Source: Bugula neritina (taxonomy: Eukaryota > Animalia > Bryozoa). From it: a stretch of 64,000 nt of DNA. Both the position numbers and the translations under genes were made by a program. Position 1 is the stretch's first letter; each line of letters starts with the position of its first letter. The stretch covers positions 31,264,628-31,328,627 of the forward strand of contig OZ037767.1 of the NCBI GenBank assembly GCA_964035545.1, read 5' to 3'. Below, piece by piece: positions 24,109 to 54,099 of the stretch. The notes beneath the pieces were generated by a model that searched no databases, was not told where the DNA came from, and saw only the letters and a program-made list of their open reading frames with translations.

Positions 24109-26668
24109 GTTATGGATCTACGTTGACTGAGCGCATATGATTCTGCTTTAATCAGAAATAAATATTTATACACAGCAAATATAATTGCATACAAACGATC
24201 AAAAATAACTTGAAATGACTTGTTATTTAATCTAAGTTCTAATTAGGTAAGTAGTAGATTGCCATTTTAGTGAGAACATTACAATATTTTAGTTACTCCT
24301 CAGGTAGACGGCTGTTGACTCATTACCACTGTAATTATTATAAAAATAGTCTCTACTAGTCTACTAGCATCTGAAGTTGACAAGTTGAGTCACTTTCACC
24401 CTGTGCTTGCAGTTTTGGATGTCAGAATGTGTTTTGGTTTCAAATACTGTTATTCATTAACAATTATTATAAAGCTAACCACTAATACTGTTGAACTCAA
24501 TTAATATTCAATGCATTTTAATTTTGAATTTGCAGTTATAATCAATTATTTTATTATTCTTCCTCACAGGAGCACCGACTCGTACTCATACTGTTAGTAT
24601 GTTATTGTAATACTAATTGTTATTGACTTATACTTATATTTCTATCAGCAAAGGTAATGTAAAAGTGTTGATGTTAGCTTTATATCAACTATTACTATAA
24701 ATATTACTCAATATTAGCGTAAAGGATATGATCATCTTCAAGTGATTATCTTTAACTCGAAGTTACAATATTGATAATGAGTATTTAACCAAAATATAAT
24801 GACTAACTTTAGGATCAACTTTACTTTTAGCCAACACGGACATCTTTACACTGACAGTTTCAACTGACATTCACTTCAAGTTTATCATTAAAATTGTTAT
24901 TCACTTATTGTAATTGCATTACTGTTACAGTAAATGTAATACTATTAGTATTACTATAGTATAAGTATTAGTATTTGTATAACTACAAGTATGAGTATGA
25001 AATTAAATTTCAAGTTGAAAGTGAAATTGAATCAATTAATCTATCATTCAATATACAAGCCTAATTATTATTAAAACTGTATAACATCAATTATAAGACT
25101 AAGAGTGTAAGATTTACTGATAAACTTTAAGTATTGTCATTGTGATTGTCAAACTCAAAGTCAAACTGACACTGAAACTCATAGTCATTCTCAATGTAAA
25201 ATTAAAAATGCAGTTCAATTGATATAATCCTGATTACCTAAATAACATTGATGCTATTCTATACTCTATAATGATGTATGATTAGTAACAATTATTGTTA
25301 TTACCATAAACATAGGCACTAATTAATTTATTGAAATTGAAAAGAAGTTGGGTTCACCTCCATTGAAGGCGATATTAGAGGTTGTAGTAGATGTTCTAAC
25401 AATAAATAGCAGTTTACGATAGCCAATAGTTTTGTAACGTAAATTGTGACTTTATTTAAAGATTGCAGTCTAGTTGCGGCTGTTGCGTAGCAGTTATTGG
25501 CTTTAGAACAATTATCAAAAAAGTTCTGATTGGCTGAGGTTTTACTGTAGCAATTAATTCCCAAGCTGCCTATAAACGGATTTCAAAGTTTATGCAAGGT
25601 CATCTAGCGAGCAAACATCTGCGCATTCTCAAATGTTCCGTTATGCAAGCGTGAACCAAGATCAAGATGCTTGCATATGCTTGCATAGTGATATTCATGT
25701 TCATATTGATTAATACTAATAGTTACACATGCAAGTTAAAAATGTATTGCTAACCTTAGGTTTAGAAATTATAGCAAAGCCAATATTCAGCTTTAGCTTG
25801 CTTTTTTGTAGTTTTAGGGGTAAAAGTAGCTAAAGTAAATTATACTTATACTTATACTTATAGTAATAGTTATAGTTAATAAGTTATACTTAGTCTTATA
25901 GTTATAGTTTAAGTTATACTAACTTATAGTAATGTTATAGTTATCGCTCATAACTTAGTCTGAGTCCCATAGTGATAGTCATAGTTATACTTATACTTAT
26001 AGTGATGGTCATTAAATTAAGTCTAAGATAAAATTAACTCATGATTATGTACTACTACTAGTACTACTAGTAGTAATACTAAGTAATACTAATAGTAATT
26101 TAGTGTAGTACAATAAATGAATAAATCAATAATCAATAATACTAGTAGTAGTAGTAGTAGTAGTAATTATAGCAAAGTGTCATACTTATAATATATCTGT
26201 TATAGTTAGGTATAGTTATACTTATACTTATAGTAATAGTTATATTTCTACTAAGAGTAAGTCTAATTGGTAGTTGTACTAATGCATAAACTTGGTGGTA
26301 AACGTTTAGTCTAATCTAAATTATTAAAAAAGAAAAATTGCGTAATTTTAATTTGCTCATTTATTTATTTAATGTTGTAACAATAAATATAATAATGTTT
26401 ATAATATTTGCTGTTAAACTCTCAGTTCTAGCAGAGATCTAAGACTAATAGTAATACTTATAGTAGTAGCTATGAATAATAGTTATAATCATCTGATTAT
26501 TTGTATTACTATTATAATTATGATTTGTATTTTAAATTTATGGCTGCTGTTTTTGGAAGCCCTTGAGTCTTGATATTTGATATGTTAAATTTAATATTAA
26601 TACTGTTGATATAGCATAGCATTGTATTGAGGTTTATATTGTCAGCTACACATTGCAGGTAAGAGACG

Positions 26669-27400
26669 ATGAGTCACATCATGAACAGAATGTTTAAAGG
26701 GTTGTCCATATCTGGAAAGATGTTGCAGGTAAAACTGATCTGTACATCTATATCCAATTATGTATTGTAATTACACAGGTGGTAACCTCAGTCTAAATGA
26801 AATTTATTTCACTGTTTTGCATTAATTTTGATTGGAAAAGCTGGTTATCAAAAATCCTTTCAACATTTTTTAAATAATTAGATTTGAGTGTAGATTTATT
26901 TTTGTGATTATAGTGAGTCAAACTTAAATTTAATTTCAAAGTTTATTGCGTGGAAATAATATATTTAATTTTTGTTTCAGCTTTTAGTTTTGTCACTTAT
27001 TTGCTGTTGATTTATCAAACTCCTTTCAGTTTAAGCATATGTTTAATTTCTAATTGTAGTCTGTGCGAAATGAAATCATAAGAGGGAGATCTGATTTCAG
27101 TAAGTGAAATAGCCATAGCTCTTCACATATTTTGTCTCAACTGTGTAACTAAGACTAACATTGCTGCTCAGCAATCTTGTGTACCGTCAACATTGCATTC
27201 TTTTGCTGTAACTGGTATACTATATGCACTACTTACCAGCAAATAGTTGTGTACTTTCCCAAAAATGCTTTTTATGGCTGTTGTTGCTTTTCAAATTTTA
27301 GTAATTGAAAGTTTATATTTAAACCAGTCGCGAGTATCTTATATATATATATATATACATATATATATACATATATATATACACATATATATATATACAC

Positions 27401-27480
<80 letters not shown>

Positions 27481-29267
27481 TACAGGTTTTAACATGCAGC
27501 TGTCAGTTAGATGGTTTTTATATATAGTTTACATAACATTTTACGTTTACTTCAGACAGTGTTAATGAAGTTAGGTTGTTGGGACGACTGGGGAAGGATC
27601 CACAGCTGAGGGAGAAAGTGATTCAGTTCCCTTTAGCAACAACACGGGTTTATAAAACCTCTGAAGATCAGGAAAGGCGTAAGTTTCTATAAGTGATTAC
27701 CTGTGTCCCGATTTACTTCTTGGTTGTTGACTGACGAAAGCAGGTTGTTGCGTTTGATGTCAGTGTGCAGCGATAATTTGTTGTAACTTGTCCAACTTGG
27801 CAGGTGGCTGCAGGTTGTTGCAGATGATAGGTGACAGTAGACAGTGCCAGAAATGGTGTTGACATGCACTCCTTGAATTCACTAATTTTAAACTGAATAA
27901 TTATGAAGACAATAATTATTTTTCTTAAAGGCTTTTATACAATGTTGATAAATGTTGAGTATGTTGGAGATTCCTTACACTGGATGTTGGGAATTTCCTA
28001 AACTGTATGTTACAGGTACAGTAACCACATGGCACAATATCATCGTGTCAAGATACAATGAAAACAGAGCCAAATATATAATGAACTTTCTACGAAAAGG
28101 CAGCAAAGTTTACGTTTCTGGCAGCGCAGACAACTCTTCGTATACCACCCCAGATGGCAATACAAGTTACTTTCATTTTGTTAGGACAGGTGGGTGAAGT
28201 GCTTTCATTGCCTGCTCTACTTCGCTTGGCCCGGCTATGTTATTACATGGCCCGTCTATGTTATTACCTGGCCCGGCCATGCTGTTGAAGGTGATCTGCA
28301 TTGGAAACCTGGCATTTCTAGAATCTATTCTACCTAAACATGTGTCAAAGTGAATTATCTGATCATTAGAAGTCCGTCGGGTTGACGATGGCCAAAAGTT
28401 TTATATTAAGGCATCGAGTAGAATTTGATGATGCTCCTTGCACTTCATCTTCCTATACCATGCGATGGCTACAGTATACTCAGTATTATATTGATTAGTA
28501 ATAGCTACAGTATACTCAGTATTATATTGATTAGTAATAGCTACAGTATACTCAGTATTATATTGATTGGTAATAGCTACAGTATACTCAGTATTATATT
28601 GATTAGTAATAGCTACAGTATACTCAGTATTATATTGGTTAGTAATAGCTACAGTATACTCAGTATTATATTGGTTAGTAATAGTTACAGTATACTCAGT
28701 ATTATATTGATTAGTAATAGCTACAGTATACTCAGTATTATATTGGTTAGTAATAGTTACAGTATACTCAGTATTATATTGATTAGTAATATCTACAGTA
28801 TACTCAGTATTATATTGGTTAGTAATAGCTACAGTATACTCAGTATTATATTGGTTAGTAATAGCTACAGTATACTCAGTATTATATTGATTAGTAATAG
28901 TTACAGTATACTCAGTATTATATTGGTTAGTAATAGCTACAGTATACTCAGTATTATATTGATTAGCAGTAGGGAGTCTCCAGAGTGGTGGTTGGGGTTG
29001 GTAGAGGTGCTCTTGCTGCCGTCACTCAATGACTCATGCGATGTTGCTGCCGTCACTCAATGACTCATGCGCTGTTGCTATCTTGCTGCTGTCACTCAAT
29101 GACTCATGCGCTGTTGCTATCTTGCTACAGAGAAAATTGTCAATCTGGAAACTGGTGGTCAGATGGTGCAAGAGTCTTCTCTGCCAGTGGAGGAGGCGGA
29201 AGAGTTTGATACGATCGACGAGCCAGAACACCTGCAGGCAGAAAACAGGGGACCCGACTCCCAATAA
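26669..29267 (+). CDS. SSBP1: Mitochondrial single-stranded DNA-binding protein-like (SSB OB-fold), ~177 aa
   Basis: Exons 26669-26728, 27060-27099, 27556-27678, 28016-28189, 29131-29267 (534 nt in frame). Motifs [38 protein letters not shown]; basic presequence-like N-terminus; acidic tail. The two N-terminal exons are less certain. Confidence 0.8.
27340..27478. repeat. (TA)n/(CA)n microsatellite
   Basis: Directly visible. Confidence 0.95.
28468..28966. repeat. 36-bp minisatellite (~14 copies) in SSB intron 4
   Basis: Unit GCTACAGTATACTCAGTATTATATTG(A/G)TTAGTAATA; source of the spurious 212-aa ORF. Confidence 0.97.
29013..29127. repeat. Tandem repeat (x3) abutting the acceptor of the last SSB exon
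   Basis: TTGCTGC(C/T)GTCACTCAATGACTCATGCG repeated up to the CTACAG| acceptor at 29130. Confidence 0.85.
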
Positions 29268-32200
29268 GTGTAGTTCCACCTCTGTATTATATTATAGCTG
29301 CGTTAGTGACACTCTTTGAGGCGTAGGAACTGTAGGCTATAGACTCAGATCGCACCGTAAATCTCTTCAGTTCCAACTTCCTCTCTGTAATATATATTAT
29401 GCTACATGTAATATACATTCTACGTGTAATATATATTCTACATGTGATATATATTCTACATGTAATATATACTGTTGTGGACATTGCACATGTGTGCAGT
29501 TAGTTTCTATTGTGTGCAGACGGTTTCTATTTTGCATTTTCCTATCAGTTGGATTAAATGTATGTTGTATTATTTTCTTGTCTATTACTGTATGGAATGT
29601 AATAACTTTGTATTTGTTAGCCAATTTTGTATTATAATAAACATGGATAGCTTCAACTGCAAACAAATAAACTTATAGTAATTGTTTTCTCTTGACAGTT
29701 TCACTATAAACCACCCATGAGAGTTGTTCTCTCTTGAAATTTTCACTATACATGATAAACACATAGAACGATTTCTGTCATAAAGTTTATTTTCTTCAAA
29801 TAGGCCTGTCATAGATCATCTAGTCAGCATGTTCTAGTTCATATAATGCTGCCGGCTGTGTATAGTGAGGAGAGTTGAGGCTGTCTACTAGCGCCTTTGC
29901 CATTAGCTAAGTCCTCAGTCTCTTATAAAATATACTATTTCTCTAAATTGTTGAGCCCGATATTGTAAATAAATCTTCATAGAATTCATATTTTGATATC
30001 TACATTTAGTACAAAAGCAATTGCGAAAATTTACCCAAGTTGCATAAAACTATGCAAATTTACTGACAGGAAATAAAATCTTGCGAAATGTAAATGCTGC
30101 GAGGCTATTCATAAGATATTCAATATAGCATCTATAATATAATAGTACTAGTATAGACACAACACAAAGTGTAATACACACAACATGCAGGGCATGGTTC
30201 GTCCAAGAGTTTAGAAGTGTATGCCATAGGTAATTCTTATGTTTGCTTTTGTTATAAAATAGTTTCACTTACATTAAATGGTTCTAGATTAAATTATTCT
30301 AGATTATATTATGGTTCTGAGGCTACATAATCATGTAAATTACATGCTGTATTGAAACAAAATTGGCACCCAGAGGCTATAAAAATCTGATATCTAACAG
30401 AGCTGTGAACCATGTGGTAGGTACTTAACTTATAGCTCTTAGAATAATTTAAATTATAATTTATATTTCCTTTGAGCAAGGATGTCAAGACAATTGGCAT
30501 ATCTTCGAACTTTACATAGAGATTGATCAGTTAATTAATAATAGCCTTAGAGTTTATGGTGTGATGGGGGGGGGGCAAGTATTCAATGTTGGTAGTGCTT
30601 ATTTCCCCACCAAAAGCGGTGAGGGCACTGAAATCAGGTGCATTTATTTATCAGGATAGACATATTTGAAGAGCAATGTCAAGTAATTTAGTATAATGGC
30701 ACATATTCTATCAAATCAGGAACTTGATGAGCTGCTTTTATCCGTCATTCATTAGTAAACTTGCTCTGGTTTGTTTACCACTCAAGAACTTTGTCCTTTG
30801 GTGAACCTGGAAATTGTAGCAATCAAACTCACATCCCTTTAGAGAGCAAAATAGATAAAACTGTTCACTATATGTATATACTCTTTGCTAGATTACTTGA
30901 CTATTGCTACACCTACGATAAGTACTCTTTGGTATAGATCACAATGAGTCATAATAAATTATCTTCCAAGTGCTCCAGCACCCAATTAAATGAATGTCAA
31001 ACATATATAAACTTTGCTAACATAATTTTGTTTTTGATGACCTGCACCCTGCAAATAGCATTTATAAGAAATATATGCATCTTCACTAAAGAGGCTTTGA
31101 GTTATTTGGTAATGCAATTTTACTTCTTTTGGCATCTGTTAAAAGAAAAGTTATAAATGTAAGTTGATCTTATGCTATTTTAAAGTTAAAGATAGTATTT
31201 TTTGTTACTACGCCAACGAAAAGCTACACATATACAAGGAATTAATTAGCTTGAACTGGATTTTGATCTCCAATTTCACCTATGACTGAATATAATTCTT
31301 TCTTCTTTGGATGTTTAGTAAGCCACTTCTTTCTGCTCACTTGACCTTAAAAGCTGCATAAATCACATTGAAAGCCAATTGGCAGCCTCCAAACATAAGG
31401 AAATAATATAATTATATTATTGCTAAACATAGCATCTTGTAACAAGTTTTGATATGAGTTATGAATTTAGGTTACCTCTTATACTCATCAGTCTAGACTA
31501 AACTGCTTTACTACTCAGAGGTAAGAATAAGTAAATCCTAATAACTGAATTTGAATTGTAGATATTTTTGTTAATAAACACTTTTTCAACCATTTTAATG
31601 TAAATTATAGATGTAGAAAATTTGAAAACTGTTTTTTACGTTTATTTCAGATTACAAATTATAACCATAATATTTTGAAGACAAATAGAAAATTAATTTG
31701 ATGCAAATTAACCTACATGCTACTGTAGCAGCTACAATCGCTAGTCGAAAAGACATTAGTGTATTCAAAAGTTATTTGCATAGATTCTTTAATTAATTTT
31801 AACAAAAATAGAGTGTTTAACTTTTCATAACGGCTTTTAAAAGTTTCTCACGACTTTATTAGCTAAATTACAATTTTTTTTCAATTATTTTATTGTTTTT
31901 TCTAAATATATTTAACATATAGATATTTATTTTTTTTGCAAGTTTTAGCTTATTTGAAATTTATGCGAGTTATCTTTCATCGTTTATTCAAAAGGCAGAT
32001 TTCACATCATATTTTTAGATTTTGACTTTTGCTCTTATATAAAAATATGCATTTTAATTTAAAAAAAAACATTATCATGAGCATTTGAGTTTTCAAAATC
32101 AATATTTGTAATGGTTTCACTATAATTTGAGTTTTTAGAATGATTTATTTTTTATAAGAACCAACTCTATATGGCAATCGTGCATTTAGTATTACTCTTA

Positions 32201-32402
32201 AGGCCTTGCTTACATTTTTGTAATAAAACGTAGTTTATTTAACTTTTTTGTAGATCACACTATGGTGTATAAATCATGCCCCAGCTAATGTTTGTTAAAA
32301 ATATGAAACGCTTGTGCAAGTATTTTTGTATATCAATAAAACATAAGCATTATATTTAACTTATTAGCAGAGCTATACTAATCTTTATTAAAGATACTCA
32401 AG

Positions 32403-35400
32403 ATGAGGCTGTACTGGCCTAAACCAAGCTGCTCCCTGATACTGCTGACTCTCATGGTCTGCTGCTCAGCTCACTTCAACAGAGTGGAGTATAAGAAATT
32501 ACAGAGACAATTCGTCTCTGACTTTAGACAGCATGTATGTATACACAGCAGCTTTGAGTAGCCAATCAAATTAAGTTATTTATTCCTCCTACAATACAAT
32601 AGCTGCCACACTACGCTATGTTTATTTATATCTGTATTTATGTTTACATAGTTATCCATCAAATCTATGAAGATATTCTTCTCTTTTTATATAAACAGCG
32701 GTTTAATGCTTTTTTTCGAATTCTCATACTTCAAGCAATATTATAATTTTTCACTGTAAAATTATGGAAAATTATCAGTTGTAATATGAAATAAGAATAC
32801 CTTTACAGCATCCATGTGCTTTTGGTTCAAGACTGCAAACAATTAGACGTTCTCTGCAATGAAGGCTAAAAGCTGTAGGCAGTGAGATCTCTGTACAGAA
32901 TGTTATTTTGTTTATTTGTTTGGTGTGAAGATTTTCTAACTTCTTCAATCCTCAATTTTAATTGCTTTTTTAGTACAGAAGATATAGAATATAGAAGATA
33001 ATACAATATAATACAATATAATACAATATAACACAATATCATACAATATAATACAATATAATACAATATAATACATTATAATGCAATATAATACAATCTA
33101 ATACAATATAATGCAATACAATACAATATAATACAATATTTATACTTGTAGATGAATTTAATACCAGAGATAATGCAGATGATCTTCCATGATTGTATTG
33201 GTGGGTGTGATGGATGTATTGACTTGTCTGTTCACAATAATATCAGTAAGTTAAGTCAACTTATATAATACCCAGTATAATATTATTGTAACATAGCAAT
33301 GTAATACTAAGTATAATACTATTATAACATAGCAATGTAATACTAACTGCAATATAACACAGCAACATAATACCTAGTATAATATAACATAGCAATGTAA
33401 TACTTAATATAATATAACATAGCAATGTAATACTGAATATAATATAGCATAGCACTATAATACTGAATATATAATATAACATAGCAATGTAATACTGAAT
33501 ATAATGTAGCATATATATAGCAAAGTTTTAAAATTAGGAGACATGTTGATGAAAACTGTCACGCCTTACAAAATTCGAACCACCTAAGTAAGTATAGTGA
33601 CTGCATAAATAATTCAACAGCTTTCTACTCTTAAAGTCATAGTTTTAGATTATCTTGATAGTAGCATGAAATACTTTTTTTTTATAAAAGGTAAGTTACT
33701 ATAAATTTTAGATTTGGGGCCAGCGATGCAGTTTGCTAAAGCCTTCAGGGCCAGAAGAGTTCCTTTCTTAGCCCAGGCAGACGTCAACGTGTTTATAGCC
33801 ACTCAGGTGCTGCAGATAGCTGTGCACAGAGCACAAGGGAGCATAAAGTTGCCGTACTATATAGGCAGACAAGATTGTCATCACTCACACGGCTACCCTG
33901 CGAGAGTGTTTGCTGATGGGGCAGCTACAGACAGCATTTCTTATCTCAAACAAAACTTTGAGTTAACTAATAAACAAGCTGTAGCCTTAATGGGTAATTA
34001 CACTTTAAGTTGTGGAACATTCTAGAAGTTGTGGTATATTTACAACCTGAACAAATGTTTATATAATTATGCAGATATTTATTTAACACCAGTCACAACA
34101 GCTCCCATCAATGTGCCTTCAAATGTTGACAGGATGCCACTCTCTAGGGAGAGCACACAGCCAGGTGTCAGGATTTGATGGGCCATGGGATGACACTGAG
34201 CTGGCACTAGATAACAGGTACTACCAGAATTTGATGCAGTCTGGGTGGGCCATCAGCAACCATATCCACAGGACTTCAAGGTAAAGAGTCATAAAGTTAT
34301 ATTAGCATGGTGATATATTAGCATTAGTAGCAATCATCCTGAAGGACTACCAGTTGTTTTATTACAAATATATTTTCAACAAAAGCATTCTTCTTAGATT
34401 TGGTACAGAATTGAAAGCATGGAGCACCTCAATTGTTTCCTGTATAAAGCAATCAAAATCTAAAATTGATTTTTATGTTGGCTTAAATTTACAGCAAGAA
34501 CTTGTACATGTTTTGGCATTCAGTGCTCTATAAATAATGCATCAACTGGGGGAAATAATTTAAACTTATAAAAATGAACTGCATGCAAAATAAAAATCTA
34601 ATTATATTAGCATTATAGCTGATTTGATAATATAAAGAACAACATTATATATGCTAAGCGATTGATAATTGGTCAACTTTTAATTCCAGGTCATCTCATT
34701 GGCTGAAAGAGGGACCAGGTCAAGAGAAGACAATTATGCTCCACGCTGATATGATTCTCCTGAAACAGTTTTCAACCTCCAGATTCCGTGACAGACCAAG
34801 CTGTCTCTACAGCCGCTGCCGTTCCTCTTCTACATCGGCAGCAGTTAGTAAAGAATAAATTGTATTATTATGATATCAAAATGATTAAAGTAGAAGTATA
34901 ATATTGTTAATCATGTTGACCATTATAATATTATAGGTGATCGAAAGGTTGAGATAAATAGCTGACAAAGATGAAATACTGTATATTTGCTTTAAAAATG
35001 AATTATCACATTACATGAGTTACGAAAACATGATATTTTGATTTGCTAATTAACCCAGTGAAAGCTGTTCTTTTCAAAAATCCTAACCAGTATACTAAAG
35101 AGTAATACTTTATGCTAATGGAGTTAGCAGAGCTGAGGTTTGCTGCAATCATGGGTAAACTTTTACTTAAAGCATTGCCAAACTTTTTAACAGAAAACTA
35201 CTTTAATAATTTATTTGAGCTTGAAGTTCAACTTGACCACATATACATCAAGTACATTGCATTGTTTGCATACCACAACTTTTCATTGCTTTACAAACAT
35301 AGAAAGAAATTTTTGATCAATTTAAACTAAAATGTCTATATAAAAGTATGGATATGTGTTATTTATTTGTTTACAATAGTTCTTTGATTACTACTAGTTA

Positions 35401-35533
35401 TATGATTAGGCATTATGCCTGATTTTAGGTTAGAAGGTTTGCAAACAACCAGGCAAGGTTTCACCGCTCCCTGAAGAAAGCATTTATCAAGATGGTGAAC
35501 TTTGGCTACGGAAATCTTGTTAGAGTTGTATAA
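32403..35533 (+). CDS. Secreted non-animal heme peroxidase (peroxidase-catalase superfamily; APX/class II-III-like), ~304 aa
   Basis: Exons 32403-32534 (signal-peptide-like MRLYWPKPSCSLILLTLMVCCSA), 33152-33245 (IMQMIFHDCIGGCDGC, distal His), 33712-33993 (IGRQDC, VALMG), 34133-34280 (CHSLGRAH proximal His, SGFDGPW, LDNRYY), 34690-34843 (MLHAD), 35429-35533 (FANNQARF...AFIKM). 915 nt in frame. Confidence 0.9.
32980..33515. repeat. (ATACA/ATATA)n and ~25-30-bp AT-rich repeats flanking peroxidase exon 2
   Basis: Pentamer arrays at 32980-33140 and TAACATAGCAATGTAATACT repeats at 33262-33515. Confidence 0.85.
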
Positions 35534-36894
35534 GTTGAAATCAGCTTCAATTTAAGATATTACTTGTTATAAAACTGAATTAAGTATAAAATCTATGATG
35601 GCTCTTTGGATGTTTAGTATTAGAGATCAAAAAATGATGAACTTAATGTGACTTACCTCTTGATAGTTGGTTTATCTTAATTAAACGCTATTTTCTACAA
35701 TTTGCTAACACTGAGATTCTTTGTGAAGGAGGATCATGTACATCTTATGCTCTATATTATATGACAACTTCTGTTATTAATAGAGTTATTTAATAATTTC
35801 TGTTGATTGTTTTTGAATTTCTGTTTTGCTTTTTGCTGTTGAGTTTTGTTTTAGTTCGATAATTACCATACTTATATGAAACATATATAATAGAATTTAA
35901 TGTAATAATATGATATATAATAACATATATTGCAACATGATGTATGTAATGATATAATAACATATATAATAACACATATTATTATAATAAAATTATACAA
36001 GTGTTGTGTTCTTGTAATTTTATTCCAAGGGTTAAACTAGTTGAACCCAATAAAATGGCACCTTACTTATTTATACATCTTTTATAATAATATATAGCTA
36101 CTGTATGTGAGCTATATAATATTAGCTGTATATAGCCTAATGTACTTTTGTATCATTGAAATGAAAAAGCATTCAATCTGCAATCAGTTACATATACTAT
36201 CATGTGGCAAGAAATGTATATATAGAAAATATTGGTGATACTAGAAAATGTCTTTACTGCATGAGTGCTGCACTTGAAAATATTACTAAATGTTGGGTGC
36301 AATTAATTTGGAAACTGATTTATTTTTGTATTTGATCTAAAAACATTAAGTATAATAGGCACATAAAATAATACTTGAACTATATCAAAAATTAGTATAA
36401 AATTACTTTAGTAGAATGTGTTTTAAAAGTGATAATTTCAACTTGAAAGTATTTTACACCCAAAATACTCAAACAGGAATTAAAGTGCCATTTTAGTGCT
36501 CCACCCAAATGTAGCTTTAGTCTTTACTATTCACTCAAATGGTATTTTCAGTGAGTCTTTTTACTTTAAAGTTACTTGTATTATCTCAAACACACTTCTG
36601 TTGCTATTATTTTAGTTTGATGATAACAAAATTTATTGTGTTTTGTGAAAGTTAGAGAAGTTTGCTCATGTTCAAATATAATAAACAAAATTAAAAAAAA
36701 AACATAAAAAAGGAAATAAATCTAAAATCAACTTACATATTTGAGTCAGAAGAATAAATCGTAGTCGTATACCTGTCAATCATTAATAGGAAATGTGCTA
36801 TATAGGTATTTAAGTATTTCATTTAGAAAAAAAACTAAAAATTAAGTTCAAGAAATTATGAAAACATTAAGCTGTAAAAGATTAAAGTGCCATG

Positions 36895-54099
<17,205 letters not shown>

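Noticed and set aside
28425-29063. 212-aa hydrophobic repeat ORF ([12 protein letters not shown])n
   Set aside because: Translation of a 36-bp intronic minisatellite inside the SSB gene.
29900-32400. Short ORFs between the SSB and peroxidase genes
   Set aside because: AT-rich, no motifs and no consistent exon chain.
32810-32885. Possible extra peroxidase exon after a TTTACAG acceptor
   Set aside because: Stops in all three frames; exon 1 joins 33152 in phase without it.
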